A stretch of 64,000 nt of DNA from Felis catus. Taxonomy: Eukaryota. Shown here piece by piece: positions 29,843 through 57,700 of the stretch; positions within the stretch are counted from its first letter, which is position 1; every line of letters starts with the position of its first letter. The stretch lies in contig NC_058372.1 in the NCBI RefSeq assembly GCF_018350175.1, positions 30,566,001 to 30,630,000 on the forward strand. Reading direction: 5' to 3'. Made by a program: the position numbers and the translations under genes. Below the pieces are notes generated by a model. The model did not search any database, was not told the origin of the DNA, and worked only from the letters and a program-made list of their open reading frames with translations.

Positions 29843-30178
29843 GGCTGGGACATGGACCTGAGGGACAGAAGGCTCTCGAGAGCAGGAAGCAGCAGCGGGT
29901 CCAGGGCAGGCCCAGCTCTTTAGCTGTCTCCACCGGCACCTGCTTTGGGCCCTTCCTCTGCTTTGCCTGAAGCACCTGGATCTGCCCCAGCCTGGCCTCC
30001 CCTCTCAGTTGCCTAGACAACCTGAGGGCCTTAATGGGCTAATGGGGACATACACCTGCAGGAAGGAACTGAGGCTCCTTCCCCAAGACCCCCTTCCCCA
30101 CCCCCAGACCGACACCCACACCCCCAAACACCCAGCACAGAAAACCTGATGAATCTCCTCTCTAGGCCTCTCCCCTAC

Positions 30179-30253
30179 CTGGTTGCTGGGTCTCCCGCAG
30201 CGCCGCTGGGGCGTGGTGTCACAGGGCACTTAGGTCAGAGTTATAATTAACTC
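30179..30253 (-). promoter_or_regulatory. Putative VWA7 TATA element and short non-coding first exon
   Basis: TATAA on the minus strand at 30241-30245, within the near-palindrome GAGTTATAATTAACTC. Donor CAG|GTAGGG at 30179/30178. Acceptor TTCTGTCCCTCAG| at 29858/29857, 15 nt before the ATG. Confidence 0.55.
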
Positions 30254-30604
30254 AGGACGAGTGGAGGGGGAGGGAGGCCCCGGCAGGATGGGGGCAGGCC
30301 AGACAGCCCCTGGCCCCTCTACTTGTGCCCGCCCAAGGCCACAAGCGGCTGCCGGCACCAGGGCGGGGCTCCCTCAGCAGCAGTGCAGAGGTGAGTGGAG
30401 AAGAGCTGGGAGGAGGAATGAGTGAGCAACATGACTCAGGCCTGGCTCAGCGCCAGGGACAGACCCAGGCAGATGCACCTCTCTGCCCACCCGGCGCCTC
30501 TTGCTCAGCCTGCCGCCCTTCCACTACCTTCCCAGGCACGGGCCCTCAGTGCCCCTCCCCGGCCCCACCACACACAGACAAGAGATGATTTTGTGGCAAA
30601 ATAT

Positions 30605-30610
30605 TTTATT
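30605..30610 (-). terminator. VARS1 polyadenylation signal AATAAA
   Basis: TTTATT on the + strand, 55 nt past the VARS1 stop. Confidence 0.75.
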
Positions 30611-30664
30611 GCTGCCACCCCCATGGCGGACTGCTGGGGGTTATGAGGATCAGAGTCGGGTGCA

Positions 30665-46500
<15,836 letters not shown>

Positions 46501-46988
46501 TGAGAACTCATCTGTATAGAAAACTCCTATTTGCTGAATCAGCCAGTTAAGAATTCAGTTAATTCCCAGTTACAACTCTCCACAATAAAAATTGTCACTT
46601 ATGTTAAATCTCTATAGATATTCAGGAAGCGTGTAGTGATTTGGCTGGGTTGAGGCGGCATGATAGAGCAGCATCAAATGCATGTTGGTGTCTCATTAAC
46701 TGTCAGGTTAACAGAAGGACAGAGATGGAAGGGCAGCAAGTACTCGTTGTGGGTATAAGCAGAAGACCACGGTAGGCAGGGGCATGTTCAAGAAACATGG
46801 TGTAGCCAGGTGAGGTATTATATGGTTTACGCCAAGAAGAGGGGTTAGGCAATGCTGGGAAGTTGGGCTGGATTCTTGGCTGAGGTGATGAGAGTAGCAG
46901 GGCTTGGATGAATGCAACATCCCTTTCCCACCCTCCAGGCTCCTTCCCCAAACACACACAGAACTAGAACTCAAATGTGCATCATAAG

Positions 46989-46994
46989 TTTATT
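46989..46994 (-). terminator. LSM2 polyadenylation signal AATAAA
   Basis: TTTATT on the + strand, about 370 nt past the LSM2 stop. Confidence 0.7.
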
Positions 46995-47366
46995 CCCGAT
47001 GCGGGACAGATTCCTTCCATCCCCAAAACGAATCACATGGTGCCCTGGAGAAATCTAGGAGATTCTTCCACCAGAATCTAGGAGATTCTTCCCACTCCAG
47101 GGAAGGAGTGAGAAGGACAGATGCTGAGGACAAGGCAGACTTTGCAGTTCCCCAGCCTACTTATCCTCCCCTCCTCAACAGAGGAGAGCTGCTCCACACT
47201 ATTTCCTCTCATCCACTCATCGCTGAAATAATAGGGAAAAAAAAAAGGCTCCACTATTTAAAAAAAAAAAAGACAAAAAATCCTCAATATGGGGAGGGAG
47301 GGGTCCTGGCTGGGACTTGAGGTTAAAGGTCACCAACAGAAGAGGGACAGGGAGGAGAAGGAACCA

Positions 47367-50300
47367 TCACTGTTTCTGCTGCAGGGCCTCCTTCCTTGCT
47401 GCGTCCTGTAGCAACTGTGTGTCGACCTCATCTGCCGGCAACTGCACATAGCGGACCACTGAGCCCCGGATGAAGCAGTTCTTCACTGATAACTAGACCA
47501 AGATAGACAAATGTGAAAACACCCTTAAAAATATCTGCTATCCACCCGGGAGCATGCTGCTTCTGTTTCCTCTTCACCATCGCCAACTCACCATGTGAGG
47601 GTATTTCTCAGGGTCTGTGACACTGATGTCAGTTAGTTTGATGTTGAGATACTAAGAAAAGAAGATGAATAGCATCATCAGCTCTAGAGAAAACATGCAA
47701 GTACCCAGCACCAAAACTCTCCCGTCTCCTTCCCCAAGACCCGATTCTAGGCTCCTACGATATCTCACCTGATCCACAGAATGGAGGGTTCCACAGATGC
47801 TGTTGGGGGAGATGGAGGAGAGAACCAAATCAGTTTAAACCAAAATAAACAGAGATGTCTTCAGAGCATGGATAAGAACATGGTTGGGGGAAGTCAAGGA
47901 CTTAAGGAAGCCAGAAAACGCAGAACCAAAAGGGGGCATTCCTAAACCCAGGAGCAAGAAAGACAATGCTTTTACTGCAATATGTTATTTTACTTATTTA
48001 GTTTTTAAATGTTTATTTATTTTTGAGAGAGAGAGAGCGTGAGCGCATGAGCGGGGGAGGGGCAGAGAGAGAGGAAGACACATAATCTGAAGCAAGCTCC
48101 AGGCTTTGAGCTGTCAGCACAGAGCCTGACTCGAAGCTTGAATTCATGAACTGTGGAATCATGACCTGAGCCAAAGTCAGACACTTAATCGACTGAGCCA
48201 CCCAGGTACCCATGCAATGTGTTATTTTAGATCTCATGTCTCCTCTCCTAGAACCAACTCACTTTTTAAATTTTTTTTTTTATTTTTGAGAGAGAGAGAG
48301 TGTGAGCAGGGGAGGAGCAGACAGAGAGGGAGACACAGAATCCGAAAAAGGGTCTAGGCTCCAAGCTGTCAGCACAGAGCCCGACATGGAGCTGGAACTC
48401 ACAAACTGCAAGATCATGACCTGAGCCAAAGTTGGCACTTAACCGACTGAGCCACCCAGGCGCCCCCAAACCAACTCACTTAACAGCTACCATTAAACAA
48501 CTGTCATGCACTAGACCTGTATTCCACATATTTGCAGTCTTTCTAGCCACTTTGCAAGATAGCCATTACCCTCTAGGGACTCAGAGATTGTGTAAGGTGC
48601 CCAAGTTTAGGACAAACGGGGACTTGAGTCCAGGTCTGATTCCCCAAACCATCAGCTATTTTCAAACATTTCTTGCCTTGGAACCAGAGCCCCATAGGTA
48701 AAGTAGACAAAATAGCTTAACATTGTTCTTGATGCAGGCACAGGGATGTCCTGTCCCTTCCTCAATCCCTGGGCCCTCTGAAATGTAAATGAGGAATGCT
48801 ATCAGAACACCAGTACTCCAAGTCATGCTACCTCTCTTTCCCAACCTCTTTAATTTCTGTCAATGGCTTCAACAGTCTTACAACCTCAAATCCTGAGTAG
48901 TACTTCACCATCCTCCATGACCCATGTCCCCATCATTTGATGACATTTTTCTAACATTTCCATAATTCTCTTTCCAATTTGACTTCTACAAACCAAGGTC
49001 TAATTACACCTCAATCCAGGTCAGCTTCCATCCTGGCCGCCCCGCATGTCATCACAATTCTATGTTCCTTAGGACTGTGGTTCTCAAACACTGATGTGTG
49101 CTCAAAGGTTTCTTAAGTCTGTGACAAAAGAAACACAGGTTGGGGCGCCTGGGTGGCTCGGTCAGTTAAGCGTCTGACTTCAGCTCACGATCTCACTGCT
49201 TGTGAGTTGGAGCCCCGAGTCGGGCTCTGTGCTGACAGCTCAAAGCCTGGAGGTTGCTTCAGATTCTGTGTCTCACTCTCTCTCTGCCCCTCTCCTGTTC
49301 ACGCTCTGCCTTTCTCTCAAAAATACACATTAAAAACAAAACACAATTAATATAGCGTGTGTTGAGTGTGTATGTAGTGTGCTAAAGATTACCAATATTC
49401 TTCCCTAAGAATAACTCTTTAATTGCCCTTACTTTCTGGTATGAACAAAAATTTTTAATAAAAATGATTATAATAAATGGTAATTTTAGAAATGTCCTTG
49501 CCAAAAATAAATTGGCAGTTCTCTGTGGACCCCAATTTTTGTTAAATTCTAAGTCTCTGAAATCCAGAGACATACTGCCTCAGTGGTGGCTTCCCCACAT
49601 CCCTGGCTGCTGAAACACCTTTGAGGGCACCCTACTACCATCTGCAACAGCGAAGTAACTTTCAGGAATTGTGTAAGGTGGTGTCATTTCATTCAGTCCT
49701 TTAACAGTATCTGGCAGAAAAATAGTATGACATCAAGCATGAGAGAAACAAGCTCTTCCCCCAACCCAATGGACTACTTTCAAATCTTGTAAGTCCCTGT
49801 CATAGGGCATGGGACATATTATTGCCATGTAGAAGACCCAGGAAGGAGAGAAGAGGAAAACCAAAAACAAATCATCTCACAGGATTGCCTAGGGTGGTTT
49901 TGGCTTCCACACTTGTCTCTCTATATGGCCCCAACCTGTATACCATCAATACCATATGCATCACTAGTGCCATAAATGGGAATCTCTGATCTAAAAGGCA
50001 AGTCAAGGGTGCCTAGCTCACTCAATCGGAAGAGCACGCAACTCTTGATCTCGAAGTTATGAATTCAAGCCCCACATTGGGTGTAGAGACTACTTTAAAA
50101 AATAAAATCTTAAAAATAAATAAAGGCAAGTCCCTCTCTTCATCATTCCTTACGACATCAACATTTCCCCAACTAAGAAATTACCTCACGAAGAAACATG
50201 GAAGGTATTGTTGGGAGTGGGGAATACACTGATTCAAAGTTTCTAAAAGAGGGACGCTTGGCTGTCTCAGTAGAGCGTGTGACTCTTGACCTTGGGGTTG

Positions 50301-53096
50301 TGGGGTTGAGTCCCACACTGGGTGTAGAGATCACTTAAAAATAAAATCTTAAAAAAATTTGAGGGGCACCTGGGGTGTTCAGTTGGTTGAACGTCTGACT
50401 TCGGCTCAGGTCACGATCTCGCAGTTCGTGAGCTCAAGCCCCACATCAGGCTTGCTGCTGTCAGCCTGTCAGCACAGAGGCTGCTTTGGATCCTCTGTCC
50501 CCCTCTCTCTGCGCCTCCCCTGCTTGTGCTCTCCCCAAAATAAATAAATATTAAAAAAAAAAAGTTGGGTATTAAGGAGGGCACTTGTGATGAGCACTGG
50601 TTGTATGTTAAGTGATGAATCACTAAATTCTACACCTGAAGCGAATATTACACTGTATGTTAGCTGGAATTTAAATAAAAACTTGGAAAATAAAGTTAAA
50701 AAAATAAAGTTTCTAAAGGAGAGTCAGGTAATAAGTAATGATACTTTAAATGTACACTTCATTCAAAGGATTTTTTTTCCTAAAGAAAGAGATGGGAACA
50801 AAGATGCATGCATGAGGATGTCCAGGGCAGCATGATTTATAAAAACAAGGGACTGGAAACAGCCTAAATGTGCAACAGCAAAGTCGGTTAAAGTAGTTCC
50901 AGCCAGCGAATAAAAATGCCATACAGACATTAAGAATGTTAAAGATCAACTTTATTGACATGGAAAATATCCACAACATACTGTCAGATGAAAAGCAAGT
51001 TTCACAACTGCATAAAGAATATGACCCTTTTTTTCAAGTTTTTATTTAAACTCTAGTTAACATATAGTGTAATATTAGTTTCAGGTGTGGAATTTAGTGG
51101 CTCAGCACTTACATACAACACACAGTGTTCATCACAAGTGTCCTCCTTAATATCCCTCACTCATCTAGTCCACTCCCTGCCCACCTCCCCTCCAGTGATC
51201 CTCAATTTATTCTCTATAGTTAAGAATCTATTTTCTGGTTTGCCTCTTTCCCACCGCCTATGTTCATTTGTTTTGTTTCTTAAATTCTACATATGAGTGA
51301 AATCATATGGTATTTGTCTTGCTCTGTTTTTAATTTAAGGGAGCGTGCACGCACGTGTGCACACACCAGACAGAACTGGACTTTAGTTCTGACTGTGTCA
51401 TTCACTAACTGTGTAGACTTGAGCAAGTTTCTTAACATGTATGTCTATGCTTCAGTTTCCTCATGTGTAAGACGGCAACAATAGTGTATGTCATATGGAC
51501 ATGTTATGAGAATTAAATAAATTCATACATACAAAGTATTCAGAATAGTGCTTAGTTGATAGAAGGTTCTCAAATGTTAACTATTTTTCTTTCTTTCGGC
51601 ACACAGCGATTAAGCACCTACTATATACCAAGCCTATGCTAGATACACAATGGTGAGCTGAGGTTCTGGCCCTGTAGGAAGGACAGGACATAAACCATAA
51701 ACATTTCGATGAAACCACAATTTGAGAAGCACCCACTAGGAAGAAAATTAGACTATATGACAGACTTTATATGGCTAGACGGACCAGGAAAAAGTGTCTC
51801 CAAGGATACAGCATTTACTCCAAGTCCTGAACAGTAATTAGGAACTAATGATACAAGGGGGTAGAGGATGTAAAAGCAGCATAGACATAAGGGATTGCAT
51901 TGGTCTTTGGCTTACCCTTTACATTTTCTTTAACAAAAGGAAGATTGTGCCATATATAGTATTCTGCAACAGCTCTCCATATCAATGCATCATATTCCTC
52001 TGTGACAGCTGTATAATATGGAAGTACCACAACTCAATCAACCCATTCCCTGTAACCAGCTATTTGTTTCCAATTTGGGGCTATTGAAAGTAAAACCACA
52101 AACCTCTTTGCACATACATCTTTACCTGTGGCACTGATTCGTACATTTCTGTAAGCTGGGTCAAAGGAGTCTATGATTTAGTCAGAAAAAACCAAAACTA
52201 TGTTCGTTTCGCAAAGAAGGAAAAAATGTTATTGATGCCTGCGCTGCCCTCTTTCTAGTACTTTAAAGTTAAGGCACTGGTCATTTATTTCTTCTGTAGC
52301 TCTCCCACTGTGCCCAGCCCTCAAATACTTGTCAAAGAGGTTCCAGAGCCCTGCATATCTTCGCCTCCTACAGAATGGGTACCTACCTCAGGTCATTCTT
52401 GAGTTCCACGACCACATCCTTGCCCACGAGGGACTTGAAAAAGGAATAGAAGAGCTATTGGGCGAGAGGGGGAAAACCATCATATGGGAAGGCACACAGT
52501 AGGGAGGAGTGCTCCTTTGCCAGTATCCCCAAATACTGGTATTGGGATCCCCACCACATCTCTGGCAAGTTCTCAAAACTTCACAGGAAAGAATACTGAT
52601 AGGGACGACCACCTGAAGCGCAAATGATTCTGCACCCTTCACTGAGCCCCTGACTGAAAGCCCCAGAGAGACGCTCTGCCCTGCACTCCTCGGGCTCTCC
52701 GGGTGCGTCTCTCAATCCCCCACCACTCCTGGGGCCCTGCCCACTCGCCCTAGTGAACAGAATTGTACAAAGCATCCCATTCGCACCCTCCCAAAGCCTC
52801 CTGAGGTCTCGCTTTTTCCCTCCCCTTGTTTCCAACTCTCTCCCGCGTTTGTTTTGTTTCCCTCTTAAGTTTAAAAAAAAAAAAGAAAGAAAGAAAAGAA
52901 GGAAAATCCCCATTTGCTCCCAGGTGTCTTCCCCCGCACCCCAGAATTTGAGGCGTGAGAACTAAGGATGGAGGCAAGACCCCTGGGCCCAACTCCGACC
53001 CCGCGGGTCAAAGCCTAGACGCCACCCCGACTACTATCCGCCGGCACGCCCGCGCTCCGCCCGGGCGCCCCCTTGTGACGTCACGGTACCTACCAT
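47367..53096 (-). CDS. LSM2: U6 snRNA-associated Sm-like protein LSm2, 95 aa
   Basis: Exons (-): 53096-53094 (ATG only, then GTAGGT), 52454-52387, 47799-47769, 47651-47592, 47492-47367; total 288 nt. Translation MLFYSFFKSLVGKDVVVELKNDLSICGTLHSVDQYLNIKLTDISVTDPEKYPHMLSVKNCFIRGSVVRYVQLPADEVDTQLLQDAARKEALQQKQ*. Confidence 0.97.
48010..51580. mobile_element. LSM2 intron 2 repeats: Can-SINEs (48010-48465 -, 49142-49340 +, 50007-50560 +), L1 3'-end fragments (50564-50700 +, 51035-51320 -), MIR at about 51370-51580
   Basis: SINE consensus; carnivore L1 3' UTR motif TCACTAAATTCTACACCTGAA and a near reverse complement of it. Confidence 0.82.
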
Positions 53097-53420
53097 GGTG
53101 CTCAAGCCGCTGCCGGCCGGGCCGGGAAAGCGAGAACCGGGAACCGCGGGACTGGGGCCGGACGGCAACCGAGACGCTAGCCCGCGCGTGGGAATGGGCG
53201 GGGTCGCGCAGGCGCCACGAGAAGCTCGGAGGAAACTCCGAGCAAGCACTACGGCACGCGGCAGGGTAGCACCGCCGGGAGCGCTAACAGGGAAGAGCCG
53301 AGGGGGCGCTTGAGCCGGGAAAGGGGCGGGTCTTCCTGCCTTTCCACTTCCTCCCGAGTGGCGGGCTTCCAAACACGCAGGCGCGGGCCCCAGCTGTTTG
53401 AAGAGGTACACCGCCTCTTA
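52940..53420 (-). promoter_or_regulatory. LSM2 CpG-island promoter
   Basis: CpG-rich. Palindromic CRE GTGACGTCAC at 53075-53084, GC box GGGGCGGG near 53323, ETS-like CACTTCC near 53345, NRF1-like GCGCAGGCGC near 53206. Confidence 0.8.
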
Positions 53421-54149
53421 GAGGTTTTTTTCACTGACAGTGCCATCACGACTGCTCACACCTTACATTCTGCTGACAACTGTGGAGGAATTTGCGAAAA
53501 CTCCTGATCTGTACACTTTTCTATATCTGTCACACTTCGATAAAAAGTTTAGAAAATAACATGGTGCAGAACCCCCGAAATCAGGAGCCTGAGCACTCCT
53601 TGATTCTATCAAAGGCTCCCAGTAACATATTTCTCCCAAGGACCCAATCTCAGTCCATATTTCTCAGACCCTTTTGCCTGTAAAGGACTGAGTAAAACCA
53701 AACAGAAACTTGCTCAGGGCTAGAAATTCCCATTGTAACATTTCACTTAAAACACAAAGGGACACAAGTGCTGTGACACATACTTCTATGCTCCTGTCCC
53801 CAAGGGTTTTTATAAATATGGGATATGACACAATAGGTGAAAATATTTTTCAATAAGACTACAAATCCTCCATTTCTCATCTTGCACGAAAGTACCCATT
53901 TGTCAGCACTTGTTGTAGAAATGTTTTCTGAATGTAAAAGATGTAATAATCGACTCTGAATACACAGATCTTGGATCTTCTGACCCCACTATAAGTATCA
54001 TAAGGATATCAAGCAGAAGTTTGTCCCCACCCCCCGCCCCCCAGCTGAACCCTAAGCACCTAAACCACTCTATCACTGAGTACAAGCATAGCAACTGCTC
54101 TACCTGGAGCTAAAGGAGGCTGATGATCAAAAGTTATTTTCCTGCTTCA

Positions 54150-54691
54150 GGGACGCCTGGGTGTCTCAGTTGGTTAAGCATCTGACTCTTGATTTCAGCT
54201 CAAGTCATGATCTCACAGTTCCTGGGTTCGCACCCTGCATAAGGCTCTGCGCTAATGGCACAGTGTGGAGCCTACTTGGGATTCTCTCTCTTCTCTTCTC
54301 TCTCTCTCTCTGCCTCTCCCTGTGGTCGCTCACTCTCAGAGTGAATAAATAAATAAACTTTACGAAAAGCTATTTTCCTGCTTAAAACAATTAGCTCATG
54401 AAAATTCAAATACTTTCCACTTACCAGTTTAATGATTCACAATGAGCTCACAATCAGACCACACACTCTCTCTCTTCATTGATTCTTCTTTTCCTATTTT
54501 CAAGGTACAGTAACAGTCTAAAGATACCAGAAGAGGGGCACCTATCTAGCTCAGCAGGAAGAACATGTGACTCTTCATCCTGGGGTCATGAGTTCAAGCT
54601 TCACGTTGGAGGTAAAGATGACCTAAATGCACTTAAATATATTTTAAAAAATAAAAATAAACTTTAAAAAGGTAAAAAAATAAAAAAAATA
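54150..54691 (+). mobile_element. Two Can-SINEs between LSM2 and HSPA1L (54150-54360; 54535-54691)
   Basis: SINE consensus; TSD AAAGATACCAGAA flanks the second element. Confidence 0.85.
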
Positions 54692-55019
54692 AAGATACCA
54701 GAAAAAATTTTTGTTTTAGGAACAAATTTACTGAGTGACAAATAACCATCCACACAGGAAGAAGAAAGTTGGGAAGGTTGGAAATAAATAACAGACATTC
54801 AAATTCATCAAATGGCTCAAAGAGGGGCCTAGTTTTCCTAAGAGTCAGAAACAGGGATTGTGAAGTGAAAAGGTGGTATACAAGACTCTTTTGTCAGAAT
54901 CTGAAAGGGATGGTAACAGGTTCAGGTCCAGTCAATTCAAGAATCATAACAATGTTTGAAGATGAGGGGAACAAAATTCACCTTAGAGGCACCCTAGAGC
55001 CCTCCAGCTCCAGATAAGA

Positions 55020-56945
55020 TTAATCTACTTCTTCGATGGTGGGGCCTGTGGCAGCCCTTCCAGGAGTATACCCTGTCCCACAGGTAGGCCCAGCGCATCC
55101 TCCCTGGTAGAGTTTGGTGATGACTGGGTTACACACCTGCTCCAATTCCTTTCTCTTGTGATCAAACTCTTCTTTCTCAGCCAGTTGATTGGCCTCCAGC
55201 CACGAAAGGACCTCATTGCATTTATCCAGTATTTTCTTTTTATCAGACTCACTAATCTTGCCCTTCAAGCCCTCATCACTCACAGCACTCTTCATGTTAA
55301 AAGCATAAGATTCTAAGGCATTTTTTGCAGTGATTTTCTCTCTTTGGACCTCATCCTCAGCTTTGTACTTCTCAGCATCCAGGACCATGCGTTCAATCTC
55401 CTCCTTGCTCAGCCGGCCCTTGTCGTTGGTGATGGTGATCTTGTTGGCCTTGCCCGTGCTCTTGTCCATGGCTGTTACATTGAGAATACCGTTGGCATCG
55501 ATGTCAAAGGTCACTTCAATCTGAGGCACTCCCCTGGGTGCAGGAGGGATTCCAGTCAGGTCAAAGCGCCCCAGCAGGTTGTTGTCTCGGGTCATGGCCC
55601 TCTCGCCCTCATACACCTGGATCAATACCCCTGGCTGGTTATCTGAATAGGTGGTGAAGATCTGCGTCTGCTTGGTGGGGATGGTAGAGTTGCGCTTGAT
55701 CAGGACAGTCATCACACCCCCGGCTGTTTCCAACCCTAGGGACAAGGGAGCCACATCCAGCAAAAGCAGGTCCTGTACCTTTTCAGATTTGTCCCCCATC
55801 AAAATGGCTGCCTGTACAGCAGCCCCATAGGCCACTGCCTCATCTGGATTGATGCTCTTATTGAGATCATGACCATTAAAGTAGTCCTGTAGCAGCCTCT
55901 GAACTTTAGGGATGCGGGTGGAGCCCCCTACTAAAACAATGTCATGGATCTTAGCCTTATCCATCTTGGCATCCTGAAGAGCCTTCTCCACAGGTTCCAA
56001 CGTGCCTCTAAACAGGTCTGCACACAACTCTTCAAATCGGGCTCTGGTGATGGACGTGTAGAAGTCGACACCTTCATAAAGTGAATCAATTTCCAAGTTG
56101 GCCTGGGTGCTGGACGACAGGGTCCTCTTGGCCCGCTCGCAGGCGGTGCGCAGCCGCCTCACGGCTCGCTTGTTCTGGATGATGTCCTTCTTGTACTTCC
56201 TCTTGAATTCCTCCACAAAGTGGCTCACAAGCCTGTTGTCAAAGTCCTCTCCACCAAGGTGGGTGTCCCCAGCTGTGGCCTTTACTTCAAAGATTCCATC
56301 ATCTATCGTCAGGATGGACACATCAAATGTTCCTCCACCCAGGTCAAAGATCAAGACATGTCGCTCTCCCTGACCTGCTTTATCTAAGCCATATGCAATG
56401 GCAGCAGCTGTGGGTTCATTGATAATTCTTAGCACATTGAGACCCGCAATCACACCTGCATCCTTGGTGGCTTGACGCTGAGAATCATTGAAATAAGCTG
56501 GCACAGTTATCACAGCATTGGTGACAGGGTGGCCCAAAAAGGCCTCAGCAGTCTCCTTCATCTTTGTCAGTACCATAGAAGAGATTTCCTCAGGATAGAA
56601 AGCTTTTTTCTCCCCTTTGTAGGACACTGTTACCTTGGGCTTGCCTCCTTCATTGATTACTTGAAAAGGCCAGTGTTTCATATCTGCCTGCACTACAGGA
56701 TCATTAAATTTCCTGCCAATCAGACGTTTGGCGTCAAAGACAGTGTTCTGGGGATTCATTGCTACCTGGTTCTTGGCCGCATCCCCAATGAGCCGTTCCG
56801 TGTCAGTGAAGGCCACATAGCTGGGGGTGGTGCGGTTGCCCTGGTCGTTGGCAATGATCTCTACCTTACCGTGCTGGAACACCCCCACGCATGAGTAGGT
56901 GGTGCCCAGGTCGATGCCAATGGCCATTCCCTTAGCAGCAGCCAT
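55020..56945 (-). CDS. HSPA1L: Heat shock 70 kDa protein 1-like (testis-enriched Hsp70-Hom), 641 aa, single coding exon
   Basis: Intact [23 protein letters not shown]...[20 protein letters not shown] with Hsp70 signatures and the HSPA1L-type Cys-containing C-terminus. Splice acceptor TTTTCTTCTCAG| 13 nt upstream of the ATG (56959/56958). Head-to-head with the HSPA1A-type gene. Confidence 0.97.
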   Translation of the reverse strand: MAAAKGMAIGIDLGTTYSCVGVFQHGKVEIIANDQGNRTTPSYVAFTDTERLIGDAAKNQVAMNPQNTVFDAKRLIGRKFNDPVVQADMKHWPFQVINEGGKPKVTVSYKGEKKAFYPEEISSMVLTKMKETAEAFLGHPVTNAVITVPAYFNDSQRQATKDAGVIAGLNVLRIINEPTAAAIAYGLDKAGQGERHVLIFDLGGGTFDVSILTIDDGIFEVKATAGDTHLGGEDFDNRLVSHFVEEFKRKYKKDIIQNKRAVRRLRTACERAKRTLSSSTQANLEIDSLYEGVDFYTSITRARFEELCADLFRGTLEPVEKALQDAKMDKAKIHDIVLVGGSTRIPKVQRLLQDYFNGHDLNKSINPDEAVAYGAAVQAAILMGDKSEKVQDLLLLDVAPLSLGLETAGGVMTVLIKRNSTIPTKQTQIFTTYSDNQPGVLIQVYEGERAMTRDNNLLGRFDLTGIPPAPRGVPQIEVTFDIDANGILNVTAMDKSTGKANKITITNDKGRLSKEEIERMVLDAEKYKAEDEVQREKITAKNALESYAFNMKSAVSDEGLKGKISESDKKKILDKCNEVLSWLEANQLAEKEEFDHKRKELEQVCNPVITKLYQGGCAGPTCGTGYTPGRAATGPTIEEVD

Positions 56946-57025
56946 GGTCTTCCCAGGCCTGAGAAGAAAAAAATGAGATAAAGTTTTGGCAGAGTGCTTT
57001 TTTTTTTCTTTTACTTTATTACTTT

Positions 57026-57700
57026 TTTTAATTTAGAGAGACAGAGATGGAGAACACGAACGAGCAAGGGAGAGGGGCAGAGGAACAGAGAGAGAATCTT
57101 AAACAGGATTCACGTTCAGCATGGAACTCAACACAGGATTGATCCCACAATCCTGAGATCATGACTTGAGCTGAAAAAAGAGTTGGATGCTCAATGGAGT
57201 GAGCCATCCAGGCGCCCTTATTACTTTCCGTTGTACTAAAATACACATAATGTGAAATTTACCATCCTAACCATTTTTTAAGTGTACTGTTTAGCAGTAA
57301 GTTCATTCACATTGCTGGCCAAACAACCTCCAAAAATCTTATCTTTCAAAACTGAAATTCTATATTCACTAAACAAACCTCCATTCCCCTTCTCTCTCCA
57401 GCCCCTGACAACAACTATTCTATTTTCTGTCTCTATGAATTTGATTACTCTAGTTCTTCACAATAATACAATTATACAGTAGTTTCTTTTTGTAACTAGT
57501 TTTTTTTTCACTTAGCAAGATATCCTCAAAAGTTCAAGTATGTGTTACAGCATGTGTCAGAGTTTACTTAAGCCTGAATAATATTAATTATATACATATA
57601 GGGGCATTATATATGGGGCACATTTTGTATATTCATTCCTTCCTTGGACACTTGGCCTGCTTCTACCTTATGGCTATTGTGAATAGTGCTGTCATAAACT
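57026..57700 (-). mobile_element. Can-SINE (57026-57217) and an old L1M 3'-end fragment in the HSPA1L 5' UTR intron
   Basis: SINE with TSD TTATTACTTT. L1M-like motifs TTCTGTCTCTATGAATTTG and GGCTATTGTGAATAGTGCTG. Confidence 0.8.
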
